Source: Candidatus Multivoradales bacterium
Lineage (GTDB): Bacteria > Acidobacteriota > Thermoanaerobaculia > Multivoradales > Multivoraceae
Reading direction: 5' to 3'
NCBI GenBank assembly: GCA_965223325.1
Contig: CBDCWI010000002.1
Location: 3,296,001-3,360,000 of the forward strand
DNA: 64,000 nt
The translations under genes and the position numbers were made by a program. The first letter of the stretch is position 1. Each line of letters starts with the position of its first letter. Below, piece after piece: positions 1-9,554 of this stretch. Below the pieces are notes generated by a model. The model was not told where the DNA came from, ran no database searches, and saw nothing but the letters and a program-made list of their open reading frames with translations.

Positions 1-233
1 CGGAGGTAGGGAACCTTGACCGCAGGCAGGCTGGCGACGTTGCGGCCATTCACCAGGATCTGACCGTCGCTGGGAACATCTTCGCGGTAGATCAGCTTCA
101 GGAGCGTCGTCTTGCCGGCACCCGACGGTCCCGTGAGAAAGACGAACGAGCCCCGTGGGATCTCGAAGGAGACATCGTCGAGGGCCTGCTGTCCTCCCGG
201 ATAGCGCTTCGAGACATGAAAGAACTGAATCAA
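1..233 (-). CDS. ftsE: Cell division ATP-binding protein FtsE (5' part; runs off window)
   Basis: Not in ORF track; manual translation from TTG at 233 gives MIQFFHVSKRYPGGQQALDDVSFEIPRGSFVFLTGPSGAGKTTLLKLIYRE...VPYLR, with Walker A and an FtsE-typical N-terminus. Confidence 0.85.
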   Translation of the reverse strand, partial: MIQFFHVSKRYPGGQQALDDVSFEIPRGSFVFLTGPSGAGKTTLLKLIYREDVPSDGQILVNGRNVASLPAVKVPYL

Positions 234-266
234 GGAGGTGCCCTTCGGTGGTGCCCTTCGGAAGGA

Positions 267-1844
267 TCAGGCTTCCGGTTCTTCGCCCGCGGCTCCGGCC
301 TGCTCGAGCACCATCTCGCGTGCCCGAGCCGGATCGGCACGCCCCGCCGAGGCCTTCATCACTTGACCAACGAGAAACCCGACCACCTTCGCCTTGCCCG
401 CCCGAAGTTCGGCGACGGGGCCCGGATTGTCGTTGATCGCCTGCAGAACCCATTCGAGAAGTGCCGCTTGATCACGAACCTGGAGAAGACCGAGCCGCGC
501 GACCACCTGCTGCGGCTGTTCTCCTTCGGCAGAACCCCACAGCGCAGAGAAGACCTCCTTCGCAGCACTGCCAGAGACTCTGCCGTCGTCGACCATCGCG
601 ACCAGCTGGGCCAGTGAGGCGGCCGGTAGATCAGACTCCGGATCTTCGCCACCCTCGCGTAGGCGCAACACCTCGGTCATGATCCAGTTGGCAAGGCCCT
701 TCGGGTTGGAAGAATGCCCGGCAACCGCGCGCTCGAAGTAGTCCGCCAGGACACGGTCAGAGGTGAGCAGGCGAGCGTCCTCCTCAGACAGTCCGAAAAC
801 CGCTTCGAATCGCTGTCGACGATCCCAGGGCAGTTCCGGGACCTCGCGTCGACGTTCCTTGATGCGCTCTTTTGTAAGCACCAGGGGCGCGAGATCGGGC
901 TCCGGAAAGTAGCGGTAGTCGTGTGCCTCTTCCTTGCCGCGCATCGAGCGGGTCACGCCGCGAGCCGGATCGAAGGTGCGCGTTTCCTGGCTGATCACGC
1001 CACCTGACTCGATGATGTCGATCTGGCGCGCGACCTCGAACTCGATTGCCCGCGCTACGTGACGGAAGGAGTTGAGGTTCTTCACCTCAGCCTTGGTTCC
1101 GAGCTGCTCGGCACCGCGCCGCTTGACCGAAACGTTGGCATCACAGCGCAAGGAACCCTCCTCCATGTTGCCGTCGGAGGTTTGAGTGTAGAGAAGCACC
1201 CGATGCAACGTCCGGAGGTAGTCTTCTGCCTCCTCCGCCGAGCGGATCTCGGGCTCGGTCACGATCTCGACCAGCGGAACGCCACAGCGATTGAAATCCA
1301 CCAGGCTCTGACCGGGCAGTTGACCGCCTCCCGGCGTCTCGTGCAGAAGCTTGCCCGCGTCTTCTTCGAGGTGTATCCGATGAATACGAACCGAGCCCGG
1401 GTGATCGGTGAGTGGCAGCTTTCCGTTGCTCGCCAGCGGCTTGTCGTATTGGCTGATCTGGTAGCCCTTGGGTAGATCAGCGTAGAAGTAATTCTTGCGC
1501 GAGAACACCGAGGTCTCGGCGACTTCACAGCCGAGCGCGAAGGCCAGGAGGACCGCCAGGTCGACCGCCTCGCGGTTGAGTACCGGCAGGGTGCCCGGGT
1601 AGCCGAGACACACCGCGCAGGTCACAGCGTTAGGCTCGGCACCGAAATGGTTTTCACAACGGCAGAAGATCTTCGTGCGCGTGCGCAGCTGCACATGCAC
1701 CTCGAGCCCGATCACCGGCTCCCAGGCATGCGCCTCGGGGTCCTCGGACATCTCCACAGCATCGAGCGCTGGCGTTCGTCGCGAGCCGGCACTGTTGCCT
1801 GGCGCAGCCGCTCGCTGCGGCGCTATGTCGTCGGGGCCCGCCAT
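267..1844 (-). CDS. gatB: Asp/Glu-tRNA amidotransferase subunit B
   Basis: VIGLEVHVQL, RKNYFYADLPKGYQISQ, HLEED, RCDANVS, DYRYFPEPDL motifs; alternative start ATG 1751. Confidence 0.97.
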   Translation of the reverse strand: MAGPDDIAPQRAAAPGNSAGSRRTPALDAVEMSEDPEAHAWEPVIGLEVHVQLRTRTKIFCRCENHFGAEPNAVTCAVCLGYPGTLPVLNREAVDLAVLLAFALGCEVAETSVFSRKNYFYADLPKGYQISQYDKPLASNGKLPLTDHPGSVRIHRIHLEEDAGKLLHETPGGGQLPGQSLVDFNRCGVPLVEIVTEPEIRSAEEAEDYLRTLHRVLLYTQTSDGNMEEGSLRCDANVSVKRRGAEQLGTKAEVKNLNSFRHVARAIEFEVARQIDIIESGGVISQETRTFDPARGVTRSMRGKEEAHDYRYFPEPDLAPLVLTKERIKERRREVPELPWDRRQRFEAVFGLSEEDARLLTSDRVLADYFERAVAGHSSNPKGLANWIMTEVLRLREGGEDPESDLPAASLAQLVAMVDDGRVSGSAAKEVFSALWGSAEGEQPQQVVARLGLLQVRDQAALLEWVLQAINDNPGPVAELRAGKAKVVGFLVGQVMKASAGRADPARAREMVLEQAGAAGEEPEA

Positions 1845-1906
1845 GGTGCGGGGAGTCTAGCGCAGCACCCGGAGCGTAACCTGGCCGCCAGGGCGGCCCA
1901 GAGACC

Positions 1907-2608
1907 ATGAAGTCGGCGAGCCTCTTGAGGGAACGCGCCGAGGTTCGGGTGTTGTTTCTCCCCGATGGCCCCGCGGCTCCAGAGAACGATCGCAGGCGCG
2001 TCGAGGCGGCATTCAAAACGGGCTGCCTCGACTCGGAAGGCAGAACGATTCAGGTGGTGAGAAACCGACAGGTTCACTCGAACACCATCGTAAGGGCTAA
2101 GGGCCCGCGCGCGACAGATCGGCAAGCACCTCAGGAAGCTGACGGTCTGCAGACCACTGCCGATCAGCTCGCACTTTGTGTATACACAGCCGACTGCGTC
2201 CCGATCCTCCTTTCCGGAAAGAGTCAAATGCTCGCGATTCATGCTGGCTGGCGTGGCTTGGCGGCCGGCATCGTCGGCAAAGCCGTGGCGCTCCTCGAGG
2301 AGCCCGGTGCGGCCCATGCCTGGATCGGGCCAGCCATCCGGGCCTGTTGCTATGAAGTCGACGAGGACGTCGCACGCCGGGTTGCTGAAGCCACCGGACC
2401 CGAGGTCATCGTGGGCCCTCCAGGCCACCCCAAGCCGCACCTCGATCTCCAGGCGGCCGCACACCACTCCCTCGAGTGCGGGGGGCTATCGTCGATCGAG
2501 ACGATCCCGATGTGCACCCTCTGTGACGACGCAAAGCGCTGGGCGAGCTACCGCCGCGACGGACCCGGCGGCGGCCGCAACCTCGCCTTGATCTGGCGCC
2601 AGCCTTAG
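1907..2608 (+). CDS. pgeF: PgeF/YfiH family (purine nucleoside phosphorylase / peptidoglycan editing factor)
   Basis: QVHS, TADCVPI, IHAGWRG, IGPAI..CCYEV, SYRR motifs. Confidence 0.88.
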   Translation: MKSASLLRERAEVRVLFLPDGPAAPENDRRRVEAAFKTGCLDSEGRTIQVVRNRQVHSNTIVRAKGPRATDRQAPQEADGLQTTADQLALCVYTADCVPILLSGKSQMLAIHAGWRGLAAGIVGKAVALLEEPGAAHAWIGPAIRACCYEVDEDVARRVAEATGPEVIVGPPGHPKPHLDLQAAAHHSLECGGLSSIETIPMCTLCDDAKRWASYRRDGPGGGRNLALIWRQP

Positions 2609-2624
2609 GTGCCGCCGGCGGGCC

Positions 2625-3728
2625 TCAAACGGCGGGCGCGTCCACCTTGGCAGCCGGGCCACGAGGCTGTCGCCCGAATGCCCGCAGTTGGCCACACGCC
2701 GCGCTGACGTCTTCACCACGAGGTCGGCGCACGGGAGCGACGATGCCACGGGCCTCGAGCGCCCTTTGAAACTCGAGGACCCGACCAAAGGGAGGCGGCG
2801 CCAGGTCGCCGAGGACCGGATCGGGGTTGAGTGGAATCAAGTTGATCTTCGCTGGCAAGCCTTCGAGCAGGCACTCGAGGCGCGCCGCGTCGCGAGGATC
2901 GTCGTTGAAGTCGCGTATCAGGGTGTACTCGAAGGTGATCAGCCGACCACGCTCGAGTGGATAGCGCCGAATCGCCGCCAGCAACTCGGCAAGCGGCCAT
3001 TTGCGGTTGATCGGCATGAGCCGACTGCGCCGCTCGTCGTCGGGAGCGTGCAGTGAAATCGCCAGGTTCGGTCGCCTGGGCCAGGCGGCCATCGCGTCAA
3101 TGCCCGGGACAACCCCAGCGGTCGACACCGTGACGCGGCGCCAGGAGATCGTCTCGGTCAAGAGAACGAGGGCACGGTAGACGGCCTCGAGGTTGAGCAT
3201 GGGCTCGCCCATGCCCATGAACACCAGGTTGAGCCCCGCGTTCGGTGCGATTCCAGGAGGAACCGGCCCCGACTGCACCGCATGAACCTGGCCAACGATC
3301 TCGGCAGCAGTGAGGTCGCGGCCCGCACCCCAGTAGCCGGTCACACAAAACGCACACGCCAGGGCGCAGCCGGCCTGGCAGGAGACGCAGAGGGTCCTTC
3401 GGCCGCCGTCAGGAATGTCGACTGCCTCGATCGTCGCGCCATCGGCAAGGCGAAACAAGAGCTTCGAGGTCCCGTCTCGACTGGTCTGCCGCTCGTCGAC
3501 CTCCGGACGACCGATCGAGAAGGAAGCCGCCATGCGTTCTCGAAGATCGAGGGAGAGATCGGTCATCTCGTCAAACGACGACACCCGACGAACGTGCAGC
3601 GCACGAAAGATCTGTTCGATCCGAAAGGGTCTATCGATCACCTCGGCCAACAAGGTCGACAGCTCGGAGCGATCGAGTCCCAGAAGGCTCGGCCGATCCT
3701 CAGGCAGCTGAGCCGTAACCTCAGACAT
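2625..3728 (-). CDS. rlmN: Dual-specificity rRNA/tRNA m2A methyltransferase RlmN (radical SAM)
   Basis: CALACAFC (CxxxCxxC), FMGMGEP, ISLHA, AACGQL. Confidence 0.95.
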   Translation of the reverse strand: MSEVTAQLPEDRPSLLGLDRSELSTLLAEVIDRPFRIEQIFRALHVRRVSSFDEMTDLSLDLRERMAASFSIGRPEVDERQTSRDGTSKLLFRLADGATIEAVDIPDGGRRTLCVSCQAGCALACAFCVTGYWGAGRDLTAAEIVGQVHAVQSGPVPPGIAPNAGLNLVFMGMGEPMLNLEAVYRALVLLTETISWRRVTVSTAGVVPGIDAMAAWPRRPNLAISLHAPDDERRSRLMPINRKWPLAELLAAIRRYPLERGRLITFEYTLIRDFNDDPRDAARLECLLEGLPAKINLIPLNPDPVLGDLAPPPFGRVLEFQRALEARGIVAPVRRPRGEDVSAACGQLRAFGRQPRGPAAKVDAPAV

Positions 3729-3737
3729 ATCTGACGC

Positions 3738-4178
3738 TCAGTCGTCGCCGTCAGCAGTTTCGCCGGCGTCGGGAGCGATCTCTTCCCGACTGAGGAGCCG
3801 GCCACCCGAGCTCCCAGAAGACTTCCCGCGACGTCGCGTTCGCAGGCGACGGGTAGGGTCGATTCCAACCGATCGCAGGAAGGCCAGGTCTTCGCCGTTG
3901 ATCCGGAACTCAGGGCGACTGTTGCTATGAACCATGCGAAGGCTGCGTGGCGACAGGTCTTTGCGATCTTCGCGCGGGCCTTCGAGGTCCGGCTGACAGT
4001 CGAGCAGCAGATTGAGGGTGTACCCCTCCTCGCGGAGTCGATCAAGGTGCTCGTGCACATCGTCCGATTCACCGATCGCAGTATGGAGCGCGCGGCTCAG
4101 CTGTTCGAGTAGCTGGCGGATTTTCTCGTCGATGATGGCCATGAGATCGCTCCGGTGAACGCGCATCTGCTTGGCCAC
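3738..4178 (-). CDS. Hypothetical protein (resembles a small acidobacterial conserved family)
   Basis: Co-directional ORF ending 10 bp before rlmN; helical N-terminus and FRINGEDLAFLRSVGID block; start may be ATG 4142. Confidence 0.6.
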   Translation of the reverse strand: MAKQMRVHRSDLMAIIDEKIRQLLEQLSRALHTAIGESDDVHEHLDRLREEGYTLNLLLDCQPDLEGPREDRKDLSPRSLRMVHSNSRPEFRINGEDLAFLRSVGIDPTRRLRTRRRGKSSGSSGGRLLSREEIAPDAGETADGDD

Positions 4179-4338
4179 TCCGCATCATCACGAGCAACAT
4201 GCGAGGGGCAACTGAGCGTGGTCCGGACCCACAATTATCCCGCCTCCCACGAGAGGGTGTCAAACCCGTCAACGCCGCGGGTTGCCTGTCGGCGGGGTTG
4301 CACATGAAGGTGCGCCCCGGGCTGCTAGGGTTCGCGGA

Positions 4339-5373
4339 ATGAACGCGGAGGTCGGGATCGACGTGCGGGCCGAACTCGACGGGTGGCTACGCGAACTCGG
4401 TCTGATGACCAAGGACATCGAGGCGTTGGCCGGCGACGTCTCGGTGCGCAGCTACTACCGAGTCGAGCTCGCCGATGGGCGCCGCCTGATAGCAGCCCAC
4501 CATCCACCAGCGATTCGTGATGCTCTCGATCGCTTCCTTTCGTCAACCCGTCTTCTGCAGGCCGCAGACGTTCCAGTTCCGACCATCGAAGCTGCCGACC
4601 CTGCGCGCGGTCTCTTGCTGCTGGCGGACCTGGGTGACCGAACGCTCTACGACGTCGTTGGCACTCTCGACGAGGGCGAGCGCGAGGGGTTGTTCGACGA
4701 GGCCCTGCGAACGGCGCTAGAGCTGATCGCCCGCATCCAGAACAATGTTTCGGCAAAGGCATGCGCGGCGCTCAATCCGCCACTCGATCGCGAGCTTCTG
4801 GCCCGTGAACTCGACCAGACCTGGGAGGTTTTCCTCGAACGGCACCTCCAACTGGACCGAGCGACGGGCTTCGGCCGTGCCCTGGATGCCTGGCTGAACC
4901 AGCAGATCGACTGCCTCGCAGAATCTCCTTTCGTTCCCTGTCACCGCGATTTCATGGCGAGGAACATCTTGCCGGGCGACCCGACCCGCGGCGCGCGCCA
5001 GGTTCTCTACGTGATCGATCATCAGGACCTGCGCCTAGGACCGGCGACCTATGACGTCGCCTCTCTCTTCAACGACTCGGTCTATCCGCCTGTGGCCCTG
5101 GTCGAACGTCTTATCGAGGAAGCGCCCCTGGCGATCGACCGGCCCATGTACCTACGCTCGGTCGTCCAACGGGGGCTCAAGATCATCGGCACGTTTCATC
5201 GCTTCGCCGAGCGCGGCAGACCGCGCTACCTGGGTCTCGTGCCGCCGACTCTCGAACGGGTCTACCGAGCCATGCAGGACCTCGCCACCGGTGACGACGA
5301 TCTGGCATCGACCCTCGCCAGAGAGGCGCGACAGGCCACTGCCGGACTCGCGGACCTCGACTGGTACAGCTGA
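4339..5373 (+). CDS. APH-family phosphotransferase, AmgK-like (anomeric MurNAc/GlcNAc kinase)
   Basis: LAGDVSVRSYYR, DLGD, CHRDFMARNI, IDHQD, GPATYDVASL, QRGLKIIGTF; start chosen at ATG 4339. Confidence 0.8.
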   Translation: MNAEVGIDVRAELDGWLRELGLMTKDIEALAGDVSVRSYYRVELADGRRLIAAHHPPAIRDALDRFLSSTRLLQAADVPVPTIEAADPARGLLLLADLGDRTLYDVVGTLDEGEREGLFDEALRTALELIARIQNNVSAKACAALNPPLDRELLARELDQTWEVFLERHLQLDRATGFGRALDAWLNQQIDCLAESPFVPCHRDFMARNILPGDPTRGARQVLYVIDHQDLRLGPATYDVASLFNDSVYPPVALVERLIEEAPLAIDRPMYLRSVVQRGLKIIGTFHRFAERGRPRYLGLVPPTLERVYRAMQDLATGDDDLASTLAREARQATAGLADLDWYS

Positions 5374-5442
5374 GGTTTCCCTACCGCGTCCCCTGATAGA
5401 ATGAGTGATTCGTTCATGACCACCCCTTACTAGGAAGCCACG

Positions 5443-5634
5443 ATGTCTGTACTCGCCATCTTGTTCCCCCTCGGTCTGCCCGAGATGTTGGTTCTTTTCG
5501 GAATCCTGGTGCTGATCTTCGGCGCTTCGAGACTGCCACAGCTCGGCGCAGGAGTCGGCGAGGGGATCCGGAACTTCAAGAAGGGCCTCAAGGGCGACGA
5601 CGTGGACGACTCCGCCGCGCCGCGCTCCGAATAG
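5443..5634 (+). CDS. tatA: Twin-arginine translocase TatA/E
   Basis: LGLPE..VLIFGASRLPQLG..GEGIRNFKKG pattern; AGGA SD upstream. Confidence 0.93.
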   Translation: MSVLAILFPLGLPEMLVLFGILVLIFGASRLPQLGAGVGEGIRNFKKGLKGDDVDDSAAPRSE

Positions 5635-5662
5635 CTCTTAACCCTCGGCGGGCTTCTGGGGC

Positions 5663-6361
5663 CTAAGCGCCGAGACCGACGACTTCGACGCCGCGCTCGG
5701 GAACGGCTCGGCCTTCGGCCGCCCAGGCCGACTCGAGCCGTTGGCGGTAGAGCCGGGTGACTTTCTCGATGTAGCGCCGCGTCTCCCGGAAGGGTGGCAC
5801 GCCACCGAAGCGACTCACGTTGGCCGGCCCGGCGTTGTAGGCGGCCAGCGCTAGCTGCAGGTCGGCGTCGTAGCGTTCGAGCAGCCTGCCAAGATAACGG
5901 GCACCTGCATCAACGTTCTGGGCAGGGTCAAAAGGATCGGCAGCCGCGTGGGCTGGCATCAACTGCATCAGACCCCGGGCACCCACCGGCGACACGGCGC
6001 GCGGATCGAACCGCGATTCCACCTCGACAATCGCCGCGAGCAGCAGCGGATCGACCGAGTGGTTCTCCGCAGCGGCCAACAGAATCTCGGCGTAGGGTAC
6101 ACCCGCGAGCTCGGTCGCGCGGGTGGCAGCGCCAACACCGGCCTCGAACATCCCGATCTCGAAGCTCGGCTGGTGCTCCGCGGGCTCCTCGCTCCAGGCC
6201 GCGAGCTCATCGAGGAGAGCGACTTCGGCTGGATGGGGCGGCGGCGTCGTGCTTTCTCCGGGCTCCGGCCCGGCCGACGATGTGCCAGTCGGCACAACCA
6301 CGAAGGCCAAAAGAGCCAGAATGGCGCACAACCCTTGCAATGTGAAACGGAGTCTGGACAT
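5663..6361 (-). CDS. Secreted lytic transglycosylase (SLT domain)
   Basis: AIVEVESRF, GARGLMQLMP, ALAAYNAGP, PPFRETRRY; signal peptide from ATG 6361. Confidence 0.88.
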   Translation of the reverse strand: MSRLRFTLQGLCAILALLAFVVVPTGTSSAGPEPGESTTPPPHPAEVALLDELAAWSEEPAEHQPSFEIGMFEAGVGAATRATELAGVPYAEILLAAAENHSVDPLLLAAIVEVESRFDPRAVSPVGARGLMQLMPAHAAADPFDPAQNVDAGARYLGRLLERYDADLQLALAAYNAGPANVSRFGGVPPFRETRRYIEKVTRLYRQRLESAWAAEGRAVPERGVEVVGLGA

Positions 6362-6468
6362 GACGTTCTCGAGATCCACCCATGCCCAAATGCCCATGAA
6401 CAGGGGCTCTGCGGCGCCGACGAAGGGCCGGTGCCGCAGATGGCTTCGTGGAGTTGTCCACGACACAG

Positions 6469-6484
6469 TGCGAACCTCGTGCCA
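6469..6484 (-). promoter_or_regulatory. Putative sigma-54 promoter for lytic transglycosylase
   Basis: Minus strand TGGCAC-GAGGT-TCGCA (GG-N10-GC), ~110 bp before ATG 6361. Confidence 0.55.
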
Positions 6485-6552
6485 GGAACGAGCTCGAGAT
6501 CGCGCGCACACCACCTCCTGGATGAAGGGCCGGGGGAGGCCCGGCGTGCGCC

Positions 6553-6701
6553 GGGTGAGCGACGGGGGCCCGCGCCTTCGACACCGCTCCATGGCTGGTC
6601 CTGAGGGGTACCAGCTGGTTGGTCCAGGAGCCTCAACGGCACCTGGCGCGATCGGAAAGCGGCGGACCGCTCCCCGGACGCAAGGCCCCCGTCCCTCACC
6701 C
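6553..6701. repeat. 149-bp element bounded by 18-bp inverted repeats (MITE or structured RNA)
   Basis: GGGTGAGCGACGGGGGCC (6553-6570) / GGCCCCCGTCCCTCACCC (6684-6701), one mismatch. Confidence 0.5.
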
Positions 6702-6815
6702 TCACGATCGTCCGAAGACGCTGGGAGAGGGAGCAGGGTGCACGCTCGTGCTTCGCACGACGCGCTTGCTCGTCTGGCGCCGACCCGACGCTCGGCTGGC
6801 GCGACTCGGCTGGCG

Positions 6816-8042
6816 CTACTTGACCAGTAGGCGGTCGCCGGCGTAGATCGGATACCGCGACTCGGTGATCTTCGCCACCGAACTGTTCGAGTGAACCGAC
6901 ATCACGGCGAGTTCGCCCAGCACGACCGGCGGGTTGCCGTTACGGTTCTCGCGGTAGACGGTGAACTGGTCGCCGGGAATCACATCGTCGGACTCACCGA
7001 GTTCGATAAACACCACGTGATCTAGCCCCGCCGTGACGATTCCGTCTTTGGCGTAGAGAACCACCGGAGCCGACGCCACTGCATCGGAGCTTTCCGGATA
7101 GTTCACAGGACGCAAGGGTGTCTTGCGCTCCGAGGGAATGGGCTCCTCGACGAACGGCTTGAGGACCGTACCGATCGGGAACGACGTGCACGAACTCGAG
7201 ACCTCAGCAATCGCTGTGTCTTCCTGCGTGGAGAGGATGCGGAGACGGCCAGCGTACTGGTACATCGTGCCAACCACCCTGTCGCTGTGTGGATGGCGAA
7301 TCGTGGCGCCAGGAATGATGGCCGTGAAGGTGTCACCGGGCGCCAGCCCGGCGGAGCGCCCGCCATCGACATAGACAATGTCGCCCGTATCGAGACCGAC
7401 CTTGATCGCGTCCACCGCACCCCAGGCAGCCGTCAGGTTGCCACGCTCGCTGATCTTGACCGTGGGTCCGAGGACCTCGTATTCGGAACCCGTGACGGTG
7501 AACGAGAAGGCTTCATCAGGGTCACCGATATAGCCCGAACAGTAGATGTCATCGGGAGTCCCGAGCTGAACGAAGGAGCTGCGGCCGGTTCCGAAAAGGC
7601 CGGGGCCACCAACGAGCCGATTCGGATCATCGCCATCCATTCCGCCGTTCTCACCCGGCTGACCGAGGACCGACTCAGCCGACTCGACATCCATGCCGAG
7701 CACCAGCGGATCGCCCGGGTAGATCCAGTGGGCGTCGAGGATGTACTGGTTGCGTTCCCAGATCTGCGGCCACAGATAGGGGTCGCCATAGAAGCGCTGG
7801 GCGAGGTCCCAGAGCGTGTCGCCACGCTGAATGATGTGCACCTCGGCCCCCTCCTCGATCGCCGCTGGAGGATTCCAGGCCGTCCAGTGATCGTTGACGA
7901 AGTTGAGGTTCTTGGGCGGCGTCTGGGCCGCCACCGGCATCGTCATGGCAAACGCCAGGCTGAAGGTCAGAATGAGGCCGATCCAAGCAGGAACGGAAAC
8001 CCTGGGCTCGATCGCTCGAGAGCGGTTCTTGGGGGACTTCAT
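6816..8042 (-). CDS. Secreted LysM peptidoglycan-binding protein
   Basis: Signal peptide; HIIQRGDTLWDLAQRFYGDPYLWPQIWERN..WIYPGD LysM; beta-rich C-terminal domains. Confidence 0.88.
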   Translation of the reverse strand: MKSPKNRSRAIEPRVSVPAWIGLILTFSLAFAMTMPVAAQTPPKNLNFVNDHWTAWNPPAAIEEGAEVHIIQRGDTLWDLAQRFYGDPYLWPQIWERNQYILDAHWIYPGDPLVLGMDVESAESVLGQPGENGGMDGDDPNRLVGGPGLFGTGRSSFVQLGTPDDIYCSGYIGDPDEAFSFTVTGSEYEVLGPTVKISERGNLTAAWGAVDAIKVGLDTGDIVYVDGGRSAGLAPGDTFTAIIPGATIRHPHSDRVVGTMYQYAGRLRILSTQEDTAIAEVSSSCTSFPIGTVLKPFVEEPIPSERKTPLRPVNYPESSDAVASAPVVLYAKDGIVTAGLDHVVFIELGESDDVIPGDQFTVYRENRNGNPPVVLGELAVMSVHSNSSVAKITESRYPIYAGDRLLVK

Positions 8043-8666
8043 GACGGATCTCCTCCAGTTTGGGCTCTGGATCGGAAATGGGGAAAGGGGGAAAGGCAGG
8101 AAGGGAATTCTCTGGCTGCACGCCGATTCGGGTGCTGGACCCGAGGACCCGTAACCGTAGCGACGGGCCCTATTTGTGTCAAGGAATACGAGAACTCGTA
8201 GCCCCTGGACAAGGACCGGAGTTGGGTCCTGGATCCGCCACAGGCGGGCCCGAAGACCAGACTGCGAATATTCTACATTTTCTCGGGCTTCTTGCGAACC
8301 CCTAGCAGCCCCTCAGCCCCAATCACGGCCCAGAAGGGCCCTCCAGGGGGTCCGCGCCTCTCATTCCGAGGCTTCTGGAAGAGTCCGAGGCTCCCTCCCG
8401 GAAGCCCCGCCCAAGCGAAAGACGCCTGGGCAATCCCTGGGCACCGCGAGAGCACGTGGCCGTTGGGCGACGACGATCCAGGCTCGCCGGCCGGTGAGCG
8501 CAGGCCGCGCAACCCAAGGAAGGCAGTCCGAAAGGCGCCGCCGCGCCCTGGATCGCCGGCCACCGGCCCCACGCGCGGCACGACGCTTGACCGCTATGCC
8601 CCTTCACCGACACCAACAACACCACAACCGCGGAAAGTGGCAGGGACGGAGGTCGGCTCCACCCTC

Positions 8667-9554
8667 CTAGCGGGTAAGGCGCTCGCTGGCGACGATCGCA
8701 GCCGCGGTCTCCGGAAAGCGCCGCTGAATCTCACGGTAGCTCTCCTCGGCCGACTGCCGGTCGCCTTGGCGCTCGAAGACCTGCCCCGCCTTGAGAAGGG
8801 CATCCGGAACCTTGTTGCCTTCTGGGTAGCCCTCGATGGCCTGGCCGAAGGCTTCAAGTGCCCCAGCGTAGTCCTGGCGCGCAAAACGCGCCTCGCCAAT
8901 CCAGTACCAGGCGTTGTCACCGAGCTCGCTCGACGAGTGGGCCGCCAGGAACTGCTCGAACGCAGCCTCCGACTCCTGGAAGCGCCGCTGGTGGAACAGC
9001 GTGTAGCCGCGATCGTACAGATCACGCGCCGCAGTCGAGATCGGCTCACTGACCACCGGCGCCGGTTGTCCCCCTTGTGCTCGGTCCGACCCGGCAGCCA
9101 CCGCACTCGGAGGCGGCTCTGCCCTAACGCCTCCGTCGTCCTGGACAACCACCCTTCGCGGTGCATTGTCGATCGGCACCGCGATGGTCTCGAGATGAAG
9201 ATCGCGAGGATCGTCGAGATCACTCTCCTCGACTTCGCCGGGGTGCCCAACCTCGACGACCTGGCCGGACTGGTAGGCGGCGGCACGCTCCTCGACCTGC
9301 TCGCGGGTCGGCGCAGCTGTGCGCCGGGAAGCAACCTGGCCGGCATCGAGCGCTGCCAGCTGACTCCGAAGCCGAGCCATCTCGACTTCCTGGACCGCTG
9401 CTTTGCGCTGCAGCTCGATGACGCGCCGTTGCAGCTCAGCGATCTCTCTCTTCTGAGTGCCTGGCGCCTTGATCGGCGACTGGCCGCTGCACCCGCCCAG
9501 AAGAACTGCGATCAAGAATAGGGGAAGGGCGGTCCAACGCAGCCTGGTTGTCAT
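8667..9554 (-). CDS. cpoB: Tol-Pal system protein CpoB/YbgF-like TPR lipoprotein
   Basis: LGGC lipobox, coiled coil, C-terminal TPRs (DNAWYWIGE, KVPDALLKAG). Confidence 0.78.
   Translation of the reverse strand: MTTRLRWTALPLFLIAVLLGGCSGQSPIKAPGTQKREIAELQRRVIELQRKAAVQEVEMARLRSQLAALDAGQVASRRTAAPTREQVEERAAAYQSGQVVEVGHPGEVEESDLDDPRDLHLETIAVPIDNAPRRVVVQDDGGVRAEPPPSAVAAGSDRAQGGQPAPVVSEPISTAARDLYDRGYTLFHQRRFQESEAAFEQFLAAHSSSELGDNAWYWIGEARFARQDYAGALEAFGQAIEGYPEGNKVPDALLKAGQVFERQGDRQSAEESYREIQRRFPETAAAIVASERLTR

Noticed and set aside
8365-8410. GGAAGAGTCCGAGGCTCC as RNase P RNA start
   Set aside because: Only loosely like GAGGAAAGTCC; other conserved rnpB blocks are missing
8292-9521. 409-aa plus-strand ORF (likewise 18658..20013, 21925..23046, 24316..25296, 32115..33134)
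   Set aside because: Overlap well-supported genes and show no recognisable domains
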